In this document: one piece after another, positions 53,496-63,634 of the stretch
How the letters are laid out: the number at the start of each line of letters is the position of its first letter
Position numbering within the stretch: position 1 is the stretch's first letter
From: Oscillospiraceae bacterium
GTDB taxonomy: Bacteria > Bacillota > Clostridia > Oscillospirales > CAG-272
Reading direction: 5' to 3'
Length of the DNA stretch: 64,000 nt
NCBI GenBank assembly: GCA_015065385.1
Contig: SVQK01000128.1
Span: 188 to 64,187 of the forward strand
Notes under the pieces: model-generated
What the model saw: only the letters and a program-made list of their open reading frames with translations
Told to the model about the DNA's origin: nothing
Database searches by the model: none
Position numbers and translations under genes: made by a program

Positions 53496-54755
53496 ATGGC
53501 ACACGAAATCTATACCTATCCGAAATCGAGAGAGCTCTTCACGCGGGCGGAAAAAGTGATCCCGTCCGGCATCTACGGCCATCAGGGACCCGCGGAGGGC
53601 TGCTATATTCCCATCGAAGCCTATCCCCTCTTCAGCGATCACGCGTCCGGAACGTACTTCTGGGACGTGGACGGCCACCGCTTCATCGACTACATGTGCG
53701 CGTACGGCCCGAACATCCTCGGCTACAATGATCCGGACGTGGACGAGGCGGCGCGGAAACAGCGGGAAAAGGGCGACTGCACCACCGCTCCGAACGCCCT
53801 CATGGTGGACTTCGCCGAGCTGCTCGTGGATACCGTGGCGTCCGCGGACTGGGCTTTCTTCGCCAAGAACGGCAACGACGTCACCACCCTCGCCGTCATG
53901 GCCGCCCGCGCGTACACCCACCGAAAGAAGATCGTCTTCTTCAAGGGCTACTATCACGGCATCTCCCCATGGACGCAGAAGATCGACTACGCCGGCGTCA
54001 TTGAAGAGGACGTCATGAACAACCTCTATGTGGACTGGAACGACGCCGAGGCCGTCGAGCGGGTCTTCGCCGAGAACAAGAACGAAATCGCCGCCGTCAT
54101 TGCCCAGCCCTACATGCACGGGAACTTCAAGGACAACGAACTCCCTGCGGACGGGTACTGGGCAAAGCTCCGCAAGATGTGTACGGACAACTCCGCGGTG
54201 CTCATCGTGGACGACGTGCGGGCCGGATTCCGTCTGGATATCGCGGGGAGCGACCACTACTTCGGTTTCGAAGCGGACATGATCTGCTTCTGCAAGGCCA
54301 TCGCCAACGGCTACAACGTCTCCGCCCTCTGCGGCAAGGAGTTCATGAAGAACACCATCTCCTCCATGTCCTACACGGGCAGCTACTGGCTCTCCGCCGT
54401 TCCCTTCGCCGCCGGGATCGCCTGCATCGAGAAGATGAAGCGGCTCGGCTGCCCGGAGCTTCTGATCCGAAAGGGGACCCAGCTCAAGAAGGAGCTCATC
54501 AAGGCGGCCGCGGACGTGGGGTTCGATCTCCATGTGTCCGGCGTACCGAGCCTCTTCTATCTCCGTCTGGCGGACGACCCGTCCCTGATGCTCCATCAGG
54601 AGTGGATCTCCGAGTGCGTGCGCCGGGGCGTGTTCTTCACCAGCCACCACAACCATTTCGTCAACGCCGCCCTGACCGACGCGGATATCGCCGAGACCGT
54701 GGCCGTGGCGCAGGAGGCGTTCGAGGCCGTCAAGATCAGACACCCGGAATTCTGA
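53496..54755 (+). CDS. Class III (GSA-aminomutase-like) PLP-dependent aminotransferase
   Basis: Start refined to MAHEIYTYPKSRELF (RBS GGAGG). Motifs DVDGHRFIDY, LIVDDVRAGFR, CFCKAIANGY (Lys). Confidence 0.8.
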   Translation: MAHEIYTYPKSRELFTRAEKVIPSGIYGHQGPAEGCYIPIEAYPLFSDHASGTYFWDVDGHRFIDYMCAYGPNILGYNDPDVDEAARKQREKGDCTTAPNALMVDFAELLVDTVASADWAFFAKNGNDVTTLAVMAARAYTHRKKIVFFKGYYHGISPWTQKIDYAGVIEEDVMNNLYVDWNDAEAVERVFAENKNEIAAVIAQPYMHGNFKDNELPADGYWAKLRKMCTDNSAVLIVDDVRAGFRLDIAGSDHYFGFEADMICFCKAIANGYNVSALCGKEFMKNTISSMSYTGSYWLSAVPFAAGIACIEKMKRLGCPELLIRKGTQLKKELIKAAADVGFDLHVSGVPSLFYLRLADDPSLMLHQEWISECVRRGVFFTSHHNHFVNAALTDADIAETVAVAQEAFEAVKIRHPEF

Positions 54756-54783
54756 CGCCGTCCGTCGGCAGGGAGGGATCCTC

Positions 54784-56154
54784 ATGGTACAGATCAACGT
54801 CGATTTTCAGAAGAGAACCGGGCCGGTTAAGCCCATGCACAGCGTGAACAACGGACCGGCCGTCACCCGCGGGCTCGGGAACTTCGATGCCTTCCGGGAC
54901 GCGGGATTCCCCTTTGCGAGAACCCATGACGCGGCTTTCTGCTCCTCCTACGGGGGGCAGCACACCGTGGACATCATCAACATTTTCCCCGATTTCGAGA
55001 AAGACGAGAACGACCCCGCCTCCTACGACTTCGATCTGACGGACGAATACATGGAGGCCATCCTCTCGGCGGGGACGGAGGTCTTCTACCGCCTCGGCAA
55101 CAAGATCGAGCACGAGTCGAAGCGGTACGGATCCGTCCCGCCGAAGGACTACGGCAAATGGGCGCGGATCTGCGAGCACGTCGTCCGCCACATGAACGAG
55201 GGCTGGGCAAACGGCCATCATTACGGCATCCGGTATTGGGAGATCTGGAACGAGCCGGATCTGCATCCCCAGTGCTGGGACGGGCCGGACGAAACCTTCT
55301 TCCCCCTCTACGACGTGACGGCGCGCCACCTGAAAAAGTGCTTCCCCGATCTGAAAATCGGCGGCCCCGCGCTCACCTCGATCGACGCGCACTGGTTCTA
55401 CGACCCCTTCTTCCGGTATCTGACAAGGGATCCGAATGATCCGGCCCCGATGGACTTCTTCTCCTTCCACCGATACGCGCGCGATCCCGCCGAATACGGA
55501 CGCGACGCCAGACTGGCCCGGGAGGTCGCCGACCGATACGGATACCGGGACGCGGAGCTCATTCTCAACGAATGGAACTATGTCCGCCACTGGACGCCCG
55601 CCGAGGAGATCCTCTATTCCTATCGGACAAACCATTCCCTCAAGGGTGCCGCGTTCGTCGCCTCCTCCCTGATCGAGGCACAGCATTCCCCGCTCGACCA
55701 CTTCATGTACTATGACGCGCGGATCGACACGCACTGGAACGGCCTCTTCGACTACTATACCAGGGGACCGCTGCCGCCCTACTTCGCCATGCGCGCGTTC
55801 GGGGACTGCTTCCGCCTCGGGTGCGAGGTCCATGCCTCCTCGGACAGCGGCGAGGTGCGGACGCTCGCGGCGATTGATCCCGGGGAAAGCGAGGCGAAGA
55901 TCATGGTCTCCTATTACCGCGACGCCGAATCCATCGACGGATCGGGAACGGAGGACGCCGCCGAGACGCTCCGCCTCGGGTGGACCGGATTTGCCTCGGA
56001 GCGCGGCGTGGACGTTGAATACCGGATCCTCGACGGGACGCACAGCCTGACGCCCGTTTCGGAGGAGACCTTCTTCGGCACCTCCGGCGCGCACATCCTT
56101 CCCCTGCCCCTGTACACCACCGTCCTCGTCACACTGAAAAAGAGGGCGGAATAA
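54784..56154 (+). CDS. Clan GH-A glycoside hydrolase, GH39-like
   Basis: 456 aa, no signal peptide. Motifs MHSVNNGP, ARTHD, YWEIWNEPD (acid/base NEP), ELILNEWN (nucleophile-like). Confidence 0.6.
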   Translation: MVQINVDFQKRTGPVKPMHSVNNGPAVTRGLGNFDAFRDAGFPFARTHDAAFCSSYGGQHTVDIINIFPDFEKDENDPASYDFDLTDEYMEAILSAGTEVFYRLGNKIEHESKRYGSVPPKDYGKWARICEHVVRHMNEGWANGHHYGIRYWEIWNEPDLHPQCWDGPDETFFPLYDVTARHLKKCFPDLKIGGPALTSIDAHWFYDPFFRYLTRDPNDPAPMDFFSFHRYARDPAEYGRDARLAREVADRYGYRDAELILNEWNYVRHWTPAEEILYSYRTNHSLKGAAFVASSLIEAQHSPLDHFMYYDARIDTHWNGLFDYYTRGPLPPYFAMRAFGDCFRLGCEVHASSDSGEVRTLAAIDPGESEAKIMVSYYRDAESIDGSGTEDAAETLRLGWTGFASERGVDVEYRILDGTHSLTPVSEETFFGTSGAHILPLPLYTTVLVTLKKRAE

Positions 56155-56170
56155 AACTCAGACGAACAAA

Positions 56171-56219
56171 AGCCTGACGCAGCCTCCCTTTCGGAAGAAA
56201 CCGCGCCAGGCTCTTTTTC
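56171..56219. terminator. Bidirectional terminator between convergent genes
   Basis: AGCCTG...CAGGCT stem, flanked by an A-rich run upstream and CTTTTTCT downstream. Confidence 0.5.
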
Positions 56220-56251
56220 TGCTTGATCGGATCCTGTGCTGTGATCCGCGC

Positions 56252-57721
56252 TCAGTCGAAGTCCTGGAGGATCTTTTCGTACGCCTTGTTCGTGATCTTT
56301 TTTGCGGAGACGAATTTCGAGGCGAGATCCGTTCCCTTGCTGAGAATCAGATTCACGAGAATGTCCCGGTTGATCGCGGGGTCGTACACATAACCGAAGT
56401 TGAACACGCGGCCCTGCCGGATCAGTTCGAGCATGAGGGGCATGGTCTCGTCCTGCGCGAACTTCGTCTGCATCGCCGTCTCGTAGTACGCGGGAATCAC
56501 TTCGCTGTACGCCGCGGCGGAGAAGGCTTCGATCATCGTGCCGACAAAGTCCCGGTCGTCCTCCGTCAGCGTAACGGGAAGCGCCATCATAGAGGCGTGG
56601 CCGTCCACCTGCGTCAGATACTTTTCCTGCAGCTCGTCGTACTTTGGATAGGGGACGAGACCGTAGCTCAGCTCCTTGTCCCGATTGACCTCCACGTCGC
56701 GGACCATCATGGAGGCGAACAACGCCTGGCCGTTCCAGAAGATCATCTTCTTGCCGGAGGTCTGATCCATGAACGCGATATCGTCGTTCACGAGCAGGGC
56801 GTACATCTTGTCATAGATGGCATAGGTCTTTTCCGAATCCATGGCGAAGTAGGGCATGCCGTCCTCGTCGAACTTCGAGATGCTCTCCCCGCAGGCCCAC
56901 CAGTAGTTCGAGACGGAGGCCAGCCACGGAGAGCCGTAGGAGTTGATGCCGTAGGTGTCCGCGTCCGTCATCTTCCCGTCGCCGTTGGAATCGTTCGAGA
57001 CGCCCTTGACCATATTGTAGTAGGCGTCCAGCGTCCACTTCCCTTCCCGGACGAGATCGTAGGGCGTTTCCTCGATGATCAGGTTGGTCATCATCTCCTT
57101 GTTGAAGATGAGGCACCATGTCATTTCAAAGGTGTTCATACAGTAGTCGGAGGCCGTGACATACATGATGTGATTCACGGCGAGTTCCTTTGTAGCGTCC
57201 GTCCACCACGGCTTTTCAAAGTCGAGGTGCGGCATGTCGTACCAGTTCAGGGTCACGCCCGCCGAAGCGAGGGACGCCGTCAGGATCATGTGCTGGAATC
57301 CGACGTCGAAGGAGTGATCCCCCGCGCTCACCGCGTTCGAGAAGGTGTTGTTGAGGCTCCCCTCGGACACGGGAAGCAGGCCGAGCTCCATGTTGAACCG
57401 CTGCTGCAGCTCGACCGTGCGGTTGTAGACCGCGTCGTTGATGACGTCTCCGGTCAGCTCTTCCGCGGTGATCTCACGGAGGTGCTCGGCCTCGTCCCGG
57501 TACAGAACAGTGTAGATCCGGCCGCCGAAGTCCCGGTCCTCGAGCCCGTCCGAAAAGCCCTCCGTCTCCTCCGGAACCGTTGCGACCGCCTCCGGGGGCT
57601 GATTCTGAACGTCGGCTCCGGCGTTCCCCGGCCCCTCTTCCTCCTGAACCGGCGCGGAACACCCGGCCAGTCCGCCGCACAGCAGCACCGCTGCCAAAAG
57701 CAGAGAGAGTGTTTTTTTCAT
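56252..57721 (-). CDS. ABC transporter substrate-binding lipoprotein (orphan; paralog of 15415-16914)
   Basis: MKKTLSLLLAAVLLCGGLAGCSA has a lipobox. It shares motifs with the 15-kb paralog. No adjacent permease genes. Confidence 0.8.
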   Translation of the reverse strand: MKKTLSLLLAAVLLCGGLAGCSAPVQEEEGPGNAGADVQNQPPEAVATVPEETEGFSDGLEDRDFGGRIYTVLYRDEAEHLREITAEELTGDVINDAVYNRTVELQQRFNMELGLLPVSEGSLNNTFSNAVSAGDHSFDVGFQHMILTASLASAGVTLNWYDMPHLDFEKPWWTDATKELAVNHIMYVTASDYCMNTFEMTWCLIFNKEMMTNLIIEETPYDLVREGKWTLDAYYNMVKGVSNDSNGDGKMTDADTYGINSYGSPWLASVSNYWWACGESISKFDEDGMPYFAMDSEKTYAIYDKMYALLVNDDIAFMDQTSGKKMIFWNGQALFASMMVRDVEVNRDKELSYGLVPYPKYDELQEKYLTQVDGHASMMALPVTLTEDDRDFVGTMIEAFSAAAYSEVIPAYYETAMQTKFAQDETMPLMLELIRQGRVFNFGYVYDPAINRDILVNLILSKGTDLASKFVSAKKITNKAYEKILQDFD

Positions 57722-57812
57722 GTTCGGATCCTCCTCCCGAGTCTCACTTTCTGTGGTTCGTTCAACGGTATCTTATCACAAAACAAAACCGCCGTCAAGG
57801 GAAGAGCGTGAA

Positions 57813-58619
57813 TTACCCTGCGGTAAAGAAGCGGTACAGCTGTTCCCTGTAGTCCGGGGCCGTGTCGTACGCCGCGTGACCGTATCCGTCATAGACGTGG
57901 AGGGAGAAATCCACGCGCCCGCCGAAGAGCCTTTCGAATTCCGCCGCGGTATCCGGACCGAGCACCCGGTCGTCGGACGCCGTGAGGGCGAGCACCGGAC
58001 AGCGGATCGCCGGAACCTCGTCCGACGCGTCGAATCCCTCCGTTCCCCGGGCGAGAACCGCAAACCGCGCAAGCTCCTCCGCCGTCACCGTTTTTGCCGC
58101 CTCTGCGAGAAGATCCGAAAGTCCTGCGAACACCGGCACGGGATAGACCGCCTCCCCGAACGAACGATACAGCCCCGCGGCGTCCCCGTCCTCAGCCAGC
58201 CGCACCCATCCGGCAAGCGTACCGGCTCTCTCCGGATCCACTCTCGCCGCTGTCGATCCGAGGGCAAGCCGTCCGACCAGCTCCGGATGCCGGGCCGCGA
58301 TCAGCATCGCCATCATGCCGCCCTGCGACGCGCCGAACAGACAGACGTCCTTCATCCCGAGCTCCGCCATCGCCCGCGCCGTGTCCTCCGCCATTTCGGA
58401 GACGGAATACACCGCGGGAAGCTCCTCTCTCCGGTCGAACACCGTCACCGTGAAGTCCTCCGCCATTGTCCCGTACGCCTGCGCCACCGCGTCCGCCGAT
58501 CCCATGACCGACTGTACGCTCAGCCCGGGCAGAATCACCATGGACCGCGCCCCCTGACCGAACCGGAAATACCGCATGGAAAACCCGCCGCACCGAACCA
58601 TCCGCACCGCAATCCCCAT
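57813..58619 (-). CDS. Alpha/beta hydrolase
   Basis: 268 aa. Nucleophile elbow GASQGG and a C-terminal HAAY. RBS GGAAGGAGAGG. Confidence 0.8.
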   Translation of the reverse strand: MGIAVRMVRCGGFSMRYFRFGQGARSMVILPGLSVQSVMGSADAVAQAYGTMAEDFTVTVFDRREELPAVYSVSEMAEDTARAMAELGMKDVCLFGASQGGMMAMLIAARHPELVGRLALGSTAARVDPERAGTLAGWVRLAEDGDAAGLYRSFGEAVYPVPVFAGLSDLLAEAAKTVTAEELARFAVLARGTEGFDASDEVPAIRCPVLALTASDDRVLGPDTAAEFERLFGGRVDFSLHVYDGYGHAAYDTAPDYREQLYRFFTAG

Positions 58620-58660
58620 CTTTCGCCTCTCCTTCCGTTCTCCCGTCTTTTTCCGGGTTC

Positions 58661-58689
58661 ATTATACCACGGAACGCCGCCGAAAACAA
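58661..58689 (-). promoter_or_regulatory. Promoter of the alpha/beta hydrolase gene
   Basis: The minus strand reads TTGTTT, a 17-nt spacer, then TATAAT. Confidence 0.5.
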
Positions 58690-58731
58690 GCGGATTTCCG
58701 CCCGACGGACACGCAAAAAAAGCCGCTTCCC

Positions 58732-58760
58732 TTGTAATCCCGCGCCGGATCGTGTATAAT
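58732..58760 (+). promoter_or_regulatory. Promoter of the 58796 operon
   Basis: TTGTAA, a 17-nt spacer, then TATAAT. Confidence 0.55.
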
Positions 58761-58795
58761 AGAATACAGAAAAACGGAGAGGAGCCTGAAACCGG

Positions 58796-59206
58796 ATGAA
58801 AACACTGACTACAGAAGCGAAAACCGACCGCCTCGACGAAGTCCTCGCGTTCGTGGACGGGGAGCTTGAAGCCGCCGGATGCCCCATGAAAGCGCAGATG
58901 CAGCTCGACGTCGCCGTGGAGGAGCTCTTTGTCAACATTGCGCATTATGCCTACGCTCCGGGCGAAGGAACGGCGGAGATCGGCGTGTCGGTCGGAGAGA
59001 TCCCCGGCACGGCGGAAATCCGGTTCACCGACTCCGGCATGCCCTTCGATCCGACAAAACGGGCGGATCCCGACGTGACCCTGTCGGCGGAAGAGCGCGG
59101 GATCGGCGGCCTCGGCATCTTTCTGGTCAGGAAGAACACGGACGAGATGCGCTATGAATACAGGGACGGCAAAAACGTCACCACGATCCGCAAAAGAATC
59201 CTCTGA
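58796..59206 (+). CDS. Small GHKL ATPase of the anti-sigma-factor Ser/Thr kinase type (SpoIIAB/RsbW-like)
   Basis: 136 aa. N-box EELFVNIAHYA, then DSGMPFDP and GIGGLGIFLV G-boxes. Confidence 0.7.
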   Translation: MKTLTTEAKTDRLDEVLAFVDGELEAAGCPMKAQMQLDVAVEELFVNIAHYAYAPGEGTAEIGVSVGEIPGTAEIRFTDSGMPFDPTKRADPDVTLSAEERGIGGLGIFLVRKNTDEMRYEYRDGKNVTTIRKRIL

Positions 59207-59240
59207 CCCAAAAGACGGCGCAGCAAAGAAAGGGACGCAC

Positions 59241-59786
59241 ATGAATCTCACCGAAAAACAGACCTCCTCCGAGCTCATCTTCGACGGAAAGGTCGTTCAT
59301 CTCTACAGGGACACGGTCGAGCTGCCGGACGGCTCCTCCTCGGTCCGGGAAATCGTGAAGCACATCGGCGCGGTCTGCGTGATCCCGCTCACCGACGACG
59401 GGGACGTGATCCTCGAACGCCAGTACCGCTACGCCGTCGGTCAGATCCTGACGGAAATCCCGGCGGGCAAGCTCGACGCTCCCGACGAGGATTTTGCCGA
59501 AGCCGCCCTGAGAGAACTGCGCGAGGAAACCGGAGCCGTCCCGCGGGAGCTGATCGACCTCGGCGATTATTACGGATCCCCCGCCATCATGGGCGAGCGC
59601 ATCCGCATGTTCCTCGCCCGCGGCCTGAGTTTCCGGGAAACGGATCTCGACGAGGGCGAATTTCTCGAGGTGTTCCGCATGCCCCTCTCCGACGCGGTCC
59701 GCGCCGTGATGAACGGGGAGATCCCGGACGGCAAGACCCAGTGCGCGATCCTCCGCGCCGCCCGCCTGACCGGAGTCGGGGCATGA
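59241..59786 (+). CDS. NUDIX hydrolase (ADP-ribose pyrophosphatase-like)
   Basis: Start refined to MNLTEKQTSSELIF. Nudix box GKLDAPDEDFAEAALRELREETG. Confidence 0.85.
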   Translation: MNLTEKQTSSELIFDGKVVHLYRDTVELPDGSSSVREIVKHIGAVCVIPLTDDGDVILERQYRYAVGQILTEIPAGKLDAPDEDFAEAALRELREETGAVPRELIDLGDYYGSPAIMGERIRMFLARGLSFRETDLDEGEFLEVFRMPLSDAVRAVMNGEIPDGKTQCAILRAARLTGVGA

Positions 59787-60388
59787 AAAAAGCGGACGCG
59801 CGGGAACGGTTCTTTGAGCGCGAAATGCAGATCCGCACCGCCGGACGAGACGCCGCCTCCGAAGACGCCCACCGCCTCCCCTACGAACCCACGCCCTACG
59901 CCGTCCTCGAAAAGCTCGCGGACAGCGGCTGGATCGGGCCGGATAATCTGCTCGTGGACATGGGCTGCGGCAAAGGGCGGGTCAGTCTCTTTCTCTCCCG
60001 CGTCACGGGATGCCGGAGCATCGGGGTGGACTTCAATCCGGACATGATCGCCGCGGCGGAGGAAAACCTCGCCTCCGTGAAGGGGAACGTCCGGGCGTCC
60101 TTTGCCGTCAGATGCGCGGAGCGGTACGAGCCTCCCGCCGACGCGGACCGGTTTTATTTCTTCAACCCCTTTTCCGCCGAGATCCTCCGTTCCGCGCTTT
60201 CGAGAATCACGGGATCGTGGTACGACGCGCCGAGGCGGATCCTGCTCTTTTTCTACTATCCGTCCGACGAATACATCGACCTTTTGAACGGTTCCGGCGC
60301 GCTGATCCCGGCGGGGGCGATCGACTGTTCGGATCTCTTTCCGGGGGACAGGCGCGAAACGATCCTCTGCTTCGAGCTGCCGGGATGA
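59783..60388 (+). CDS. Class I SAM-dependent methyltransferase
   Basis: Start refined to MKKADARER (ATGA overlap with the NUDIX stop). Motif I LVDMGCGKGRVSLF. Confidence 0.75.
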   Translation: MKKADARERFFEREMQIRTAGRDAASEDAHRLPYEPTPYAVLEKLADSGWIGPDNLLVDMGCGKGRVSLFLSRVTGCRSIGVDFNPDMIAAAEENLASVKGNVRASFAVRCAERYEPPADADRFYFFNPFSAEILRSALSRITGSWYDAPRRILLFFYYPSDEYIDLLNGSGALIPAGAIDCSDLFPGDRRETILCFELPG

Positions 60389-60484
60389 AGGGCTTTCGAA
60401 AACCGCCCGCGGAACCTTGCAATCCCGGGACGGTTGTGATATCATAAAGACAAGCATGAAAAGCGCGGAGAGGAGAGCGGCGGA

Positions 60485-61132
60485 ATGATCCGGAACATCG
60501 TATTCGACATGGGCGGGGTGCTCTACCACTGGTCCCCGGAGATCGCGTTCCGGGACTACGGCGAAGAAGACGGGCGGATTCTGTACGACTCGGTGTACGG
60601 CTCCCCGGACTGGAAGCGTCTGGACAGCGGGGACATCGGCGAGGACGATCTCATCGCGCTGGCCTCAGCGCGCGTTCCGGACCGGCTGAAACCCGAGGTG
60701 GTCCGGCTCACCCGCTGGTACGAGCTGACCGGCCCGGTGGAGGGTATGGAGGAGCTGGCAGATGAACTGCACGGCGCGGGCTATCCCCTCTATCTGCTCT
60801 CCAACACCTCGCGGGCGTTCCATTCCTTCCGCGGCCGCATCCCCGCCCTCCGGTTTTTCACGGGGGAATTCATCTCCGCCGACCACCGCCTCCTGAAACC
60901 CGATCCGGAAATCTTCCGCGCCTTTCTCGCCGAGTTTGGGCTGAGGGCGGAGGAATCCCTTTTCATCGACGACTGGGAACCGAACGTCGAAGGCGCGCGC
61001 TCGGTCGGCATGGAGGGCATCCGCTTCGACGGCAGCGCACGGGACCTCCGGAATGTCCTCTCCGCACGGAACCTTCTCCCCTCCGTACCCATGCCCGTGT
61101 CAGAAGCCGAACCGCAGGAAGAAGAGCTATGA
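60485..61132 (+). CDS. HAD family hydrolase
   Basis: MIRNIVFDMGGVL (DxG variant of motif I), SNTS, and a FIDD motif. Confidence 0.8.
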   Translation: MIRNIVFDMGGVLYHWSPEIAFRDYGEEDGRILYDSVYGSPDWKRLDSGDIGEDDLIALASARVPDRLKPEVVRLTRWYELTGPVEGMEELADELHGAGYPLYLLSNTSRAFHSFRGRIPALRFFTGEFISADHRLLKPDPEIFRAFLAEFGLRAEESLFIDDWEPNVEGARSVGMEGIRFDGSARDLRNVLSARNLLPSVPMPVSEAEPQEEEL

Positions 61133-62499
61133 ACAGAGACCGCACAAACGACGCCCAGTACCGGAAAATGACCGAAACGCCGGTGGGCCGCCTCATCGTC
61201 ACCCTCGGACTCCCGACCACGGTGAGCATGCTCATCACGAACATCTACAACATGGCGGACTCCTATTTCGTCAGCCGGATCTCGCTCAGCGCGGGGGGAG
61301 CCACCAGCATCGTCTTCGGGATCATGGCGATTTTACAGGCGTTCGGCTTCATGTTCGGCCACGGAGCCGGAAGCAACATCAGCCGGATGCTCGGCAGCCG
61401 TCAGGTGGAGAAGGCGGGGCGGTACGGATCCACCGGATTCGCATGGGCCTTTCTCTCCGGAACCGTCATCCTCGCCGGCGGGCTGTGCTTCATCAATCCG
61501 CTGATGCGCCTGCTCGGAAGCACGGACACCATTCTCCCCTACGCCCAGGAGTACGGGACCTTCATCCTTCTGGCCGCGCCGTTCATGACTTCCTCATGCG
61601 TTTTGAACAACATTCTCCGCTACGAGGGCAAGGCTGCGCTCGCCATGATCGGACTCACCTCGGGCGGGATCCTCAACATCCTGCTGGATCCGCTCTTCAT
61701 CTTCGGACTGAAGCTCGGCATCCGCGGCGCGGGACTGGCTACGGCGCTCTCTCAGACCATCTCGTTCTGCATCCTGCTCTTCATGTTCCTCTCGGGCAGG
61801 ACGCAGACCCGGCTCGCCCCGAAGCTCGTCTCCCGGGACTGGTCCGTGGTGCGGGACATCGTTCTGACCGGTCTTCCCTCCCTCGCGCGGCAGGGTCTGA
61901 ACAGCGTCTCGACGATGGTGCTGAACTCGTGCGCCAAGCCGTTCGGAGACGCCGCCATCGCAGCCATGGGCTATGTGGGGCGGACGTCCAGCATGGTATT
62001 CAGCGTCGGCCTCGGCGTCGGGCAGGGATTCCAGCCGGTATCGGGGTTCAACTACGGCGCGAAGAAGTTTTCGAGAGTGAAGCGCGGCACATGGTTCACC
62101 CTGTTCTTCGGGATCGCCCTCATGGGAACGCTGGCCGCCGTCTGCTTCTCTCTGGCTCCCGAAATCATCGGCCTGTTCCGCCGTGAGGAGGCGGTCCTTC
62201 GGATCGGCGGCGAGGCGCTCCGGATCCACTGCGTTTTCATCCTGTTTCTGCCCGTCTCGGTGGTCGCCACGATGCTGTTCCAGAGTACCGGGCAGAACGT
62301 CCCCGCGCTCGTGCTCTCCTGCCTCCAGAGCGGCGCGGCGTTCATCCCGCTCTGCCTGATCCTGCCCAATATCGCGGGCCTCGGCGTCCGCGGGATCGAA
62401 ATCGCCCAGCCCGCCGCCTACGTCATCGCCGCGATCGCCTCCCTGCCGGTCATGCTGAAATTTCTGAACCGGCTGCCGGAGGATGGGGGAAACCAATAA
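61129..62499 (+). CDS. MATE family efflux transporter
   Basis: 456 aa, 12 TM segments, with a typical MATE N-terminus (MTETPVGRLIVTLGLPTTVSMLITNIYNMADSYFVS). Confidence 0.85.
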   Translation: MNRDRTNDAQYRKMTETPVGRLIVTLGLPTTVSMLITNIYNMADSYFVSRISLSAGGATSIVFGIMAILQAFGFMFGHGAGSNISRMLGSRQVEKAGRYGSTGFAWAFLSGTVILAGGLCFINPLMRLLGSTDTILPYAQEYGTFILLAAPFMTSSCVLNNILRYEGKAALAMIGLTSGGILNILLDPLFIFGLKLGIRGAGLATALSQTISFCILLFMFLSGRTQTRLAPKLVSRDWSVVRDIVLTGLPSLARQGLNSVSTMVLNSCAKPFGDAAIAAMGYVGRTSSMVFSVGLGVGQGFQPVSGFNYGAKKFSRVKRGTWFTLFFGIALMGTLAAVCFSLAPEIIGLFRREEAVLRIGGEALRIHCVFILFLPVSVVATMLFQSTGQNVPALVLSCLQSGAAFIPLCLILPNIAGLGVRGIEIAQPAAYVIAAIASLPVMLKFLNRLPEDGGNQ

Positions 62500-62581
62500 C
62501 AAAAATACACGGCTTCGAAAGCGATCCGTTGGAATCGGAACGCGCTCGCCGCCGTGTTTTTATATTCCCTTTTCCCCCCGC

Positions 62582-63556
62582 TTATCCCCGGTACACCATA
62601 TCCGCCTCGTCGGTGTAATACCGGTGCTCCTTCCAGATATCGAGAATCATCAGGTACCGGTTCAGATCGAGGCCGCGGAAGGGGACGTTGCTCGTGGAGA
62701 AGATGTACCCGCCGCCGGGCTTTCCGGACCGGATCGCGTAGAGCGCGCTTTCCCGCACCTCTTCGTCCGTGCCCGTCTGCATCAGGGCGCAGTTCACGTT
62801 TCCGCACATGGCGATCCCCTTCGGATAGGTCCGCCGCTTCACCTCAGCAATATCCACGCCCGCCATGGGATCGATCGAATGGATGCAGTGCGGCTCGCAG
62901 GAAATCAGCTGATCGAGGATCGGCATGATGTTCCCGTCCGTATGCTTGATGGCATACCCGCCCATCTTCCGGATGTTGTAGATGATATCCGCCAGATAAG
63001 GCGTGATGTACTCCGAGAACATCTGCGGGGAGAGGAACGGCCCGGAGTTGTAGCAGTAGTCCGAGCAGAGCATGAAGGATTCGATTCCGCAGTCGAAGAG
63101 CTTCTTGTTGTATTCGATGGCGCCGTCTGCCATCCGCCGCGCCTGTGCGTGAACCTCGTCCGGGTCGTCCGCGATCCGGTAGGCGAAGTCAAACATCTGA
63201 TCCCCGTCCGGAATGGCGAAAGTTCCGTCTCCGTGGTGGGTCAGGAGGAACTTGTCCCCCGACAGCTCCTTGATGTACTTCACGGATTTCTTCACGTCCT
63301 CGAAGTTCAGGTATGCCACGTTGAAAATCGAATACTCCAGCTCGCCGTAGACGGACACCATCAGCTCCGCGTTCTGATAGATCTTCTCGTCCCGCTCCTT
63401 CTCGGAGAGGTTCATCCGGTCCAGCTCCCAGCTGGAGGTAAAGTTGATTCCGTTCCCTCTGAGCTCGGGCGTCAGCTGAAATTCCAGCTCAAAGGTCGGG
63501 ATCGCGTCCGGAACCCGGCATTCCAGCGCGGCAATAGCTCTTTCACGAAGCGTCAT
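62582..63556 (-). CDS. Uroporphyrinogen decarboxylase (URO-D) family protein
   Basis: Start refined to MTLRERAIAALECRVPDAIPTFE. TIM-barrel-like pattern with HTDGNIMPILD. Confidence 0.6.
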   Translation of the reverse strand: MTLRERAIAALECRVPDAIPTFELEFQLTPELRGNGINFTSSWELDRMNLSEKERDEKIYQNAELMVSVYGELEYSIFNVAYLNFEDVKKSVKYIKELSGDKFLLTHHGDGTFAIPDGDQMFDFAYRIADDPDEVHAQARRMADGAIEYNKKLFDCGIESFMLCSDYCYNSGPFLSPQMFSEYITPYLADIIYNIRKMGGYAIKHTDGNIMPILDQLISCEPHCIHSIDPMAGVDIAEVKRRTYPKGIAMCGNVNCALMQTGTDEEVRESALYAIRSGKPGGGYIFSTSNVPFRGLDLNRYLMILDIWKEHRYYTDEADMVYRG

Positions 63557-63634
63557 ACTGCTTTCCCCTGTATGTTTTGTTTCTTCAACCGTTTTAATGA
63601 TTATACTCCGGTTCCGCCCTTCTGTCAAGACGTT

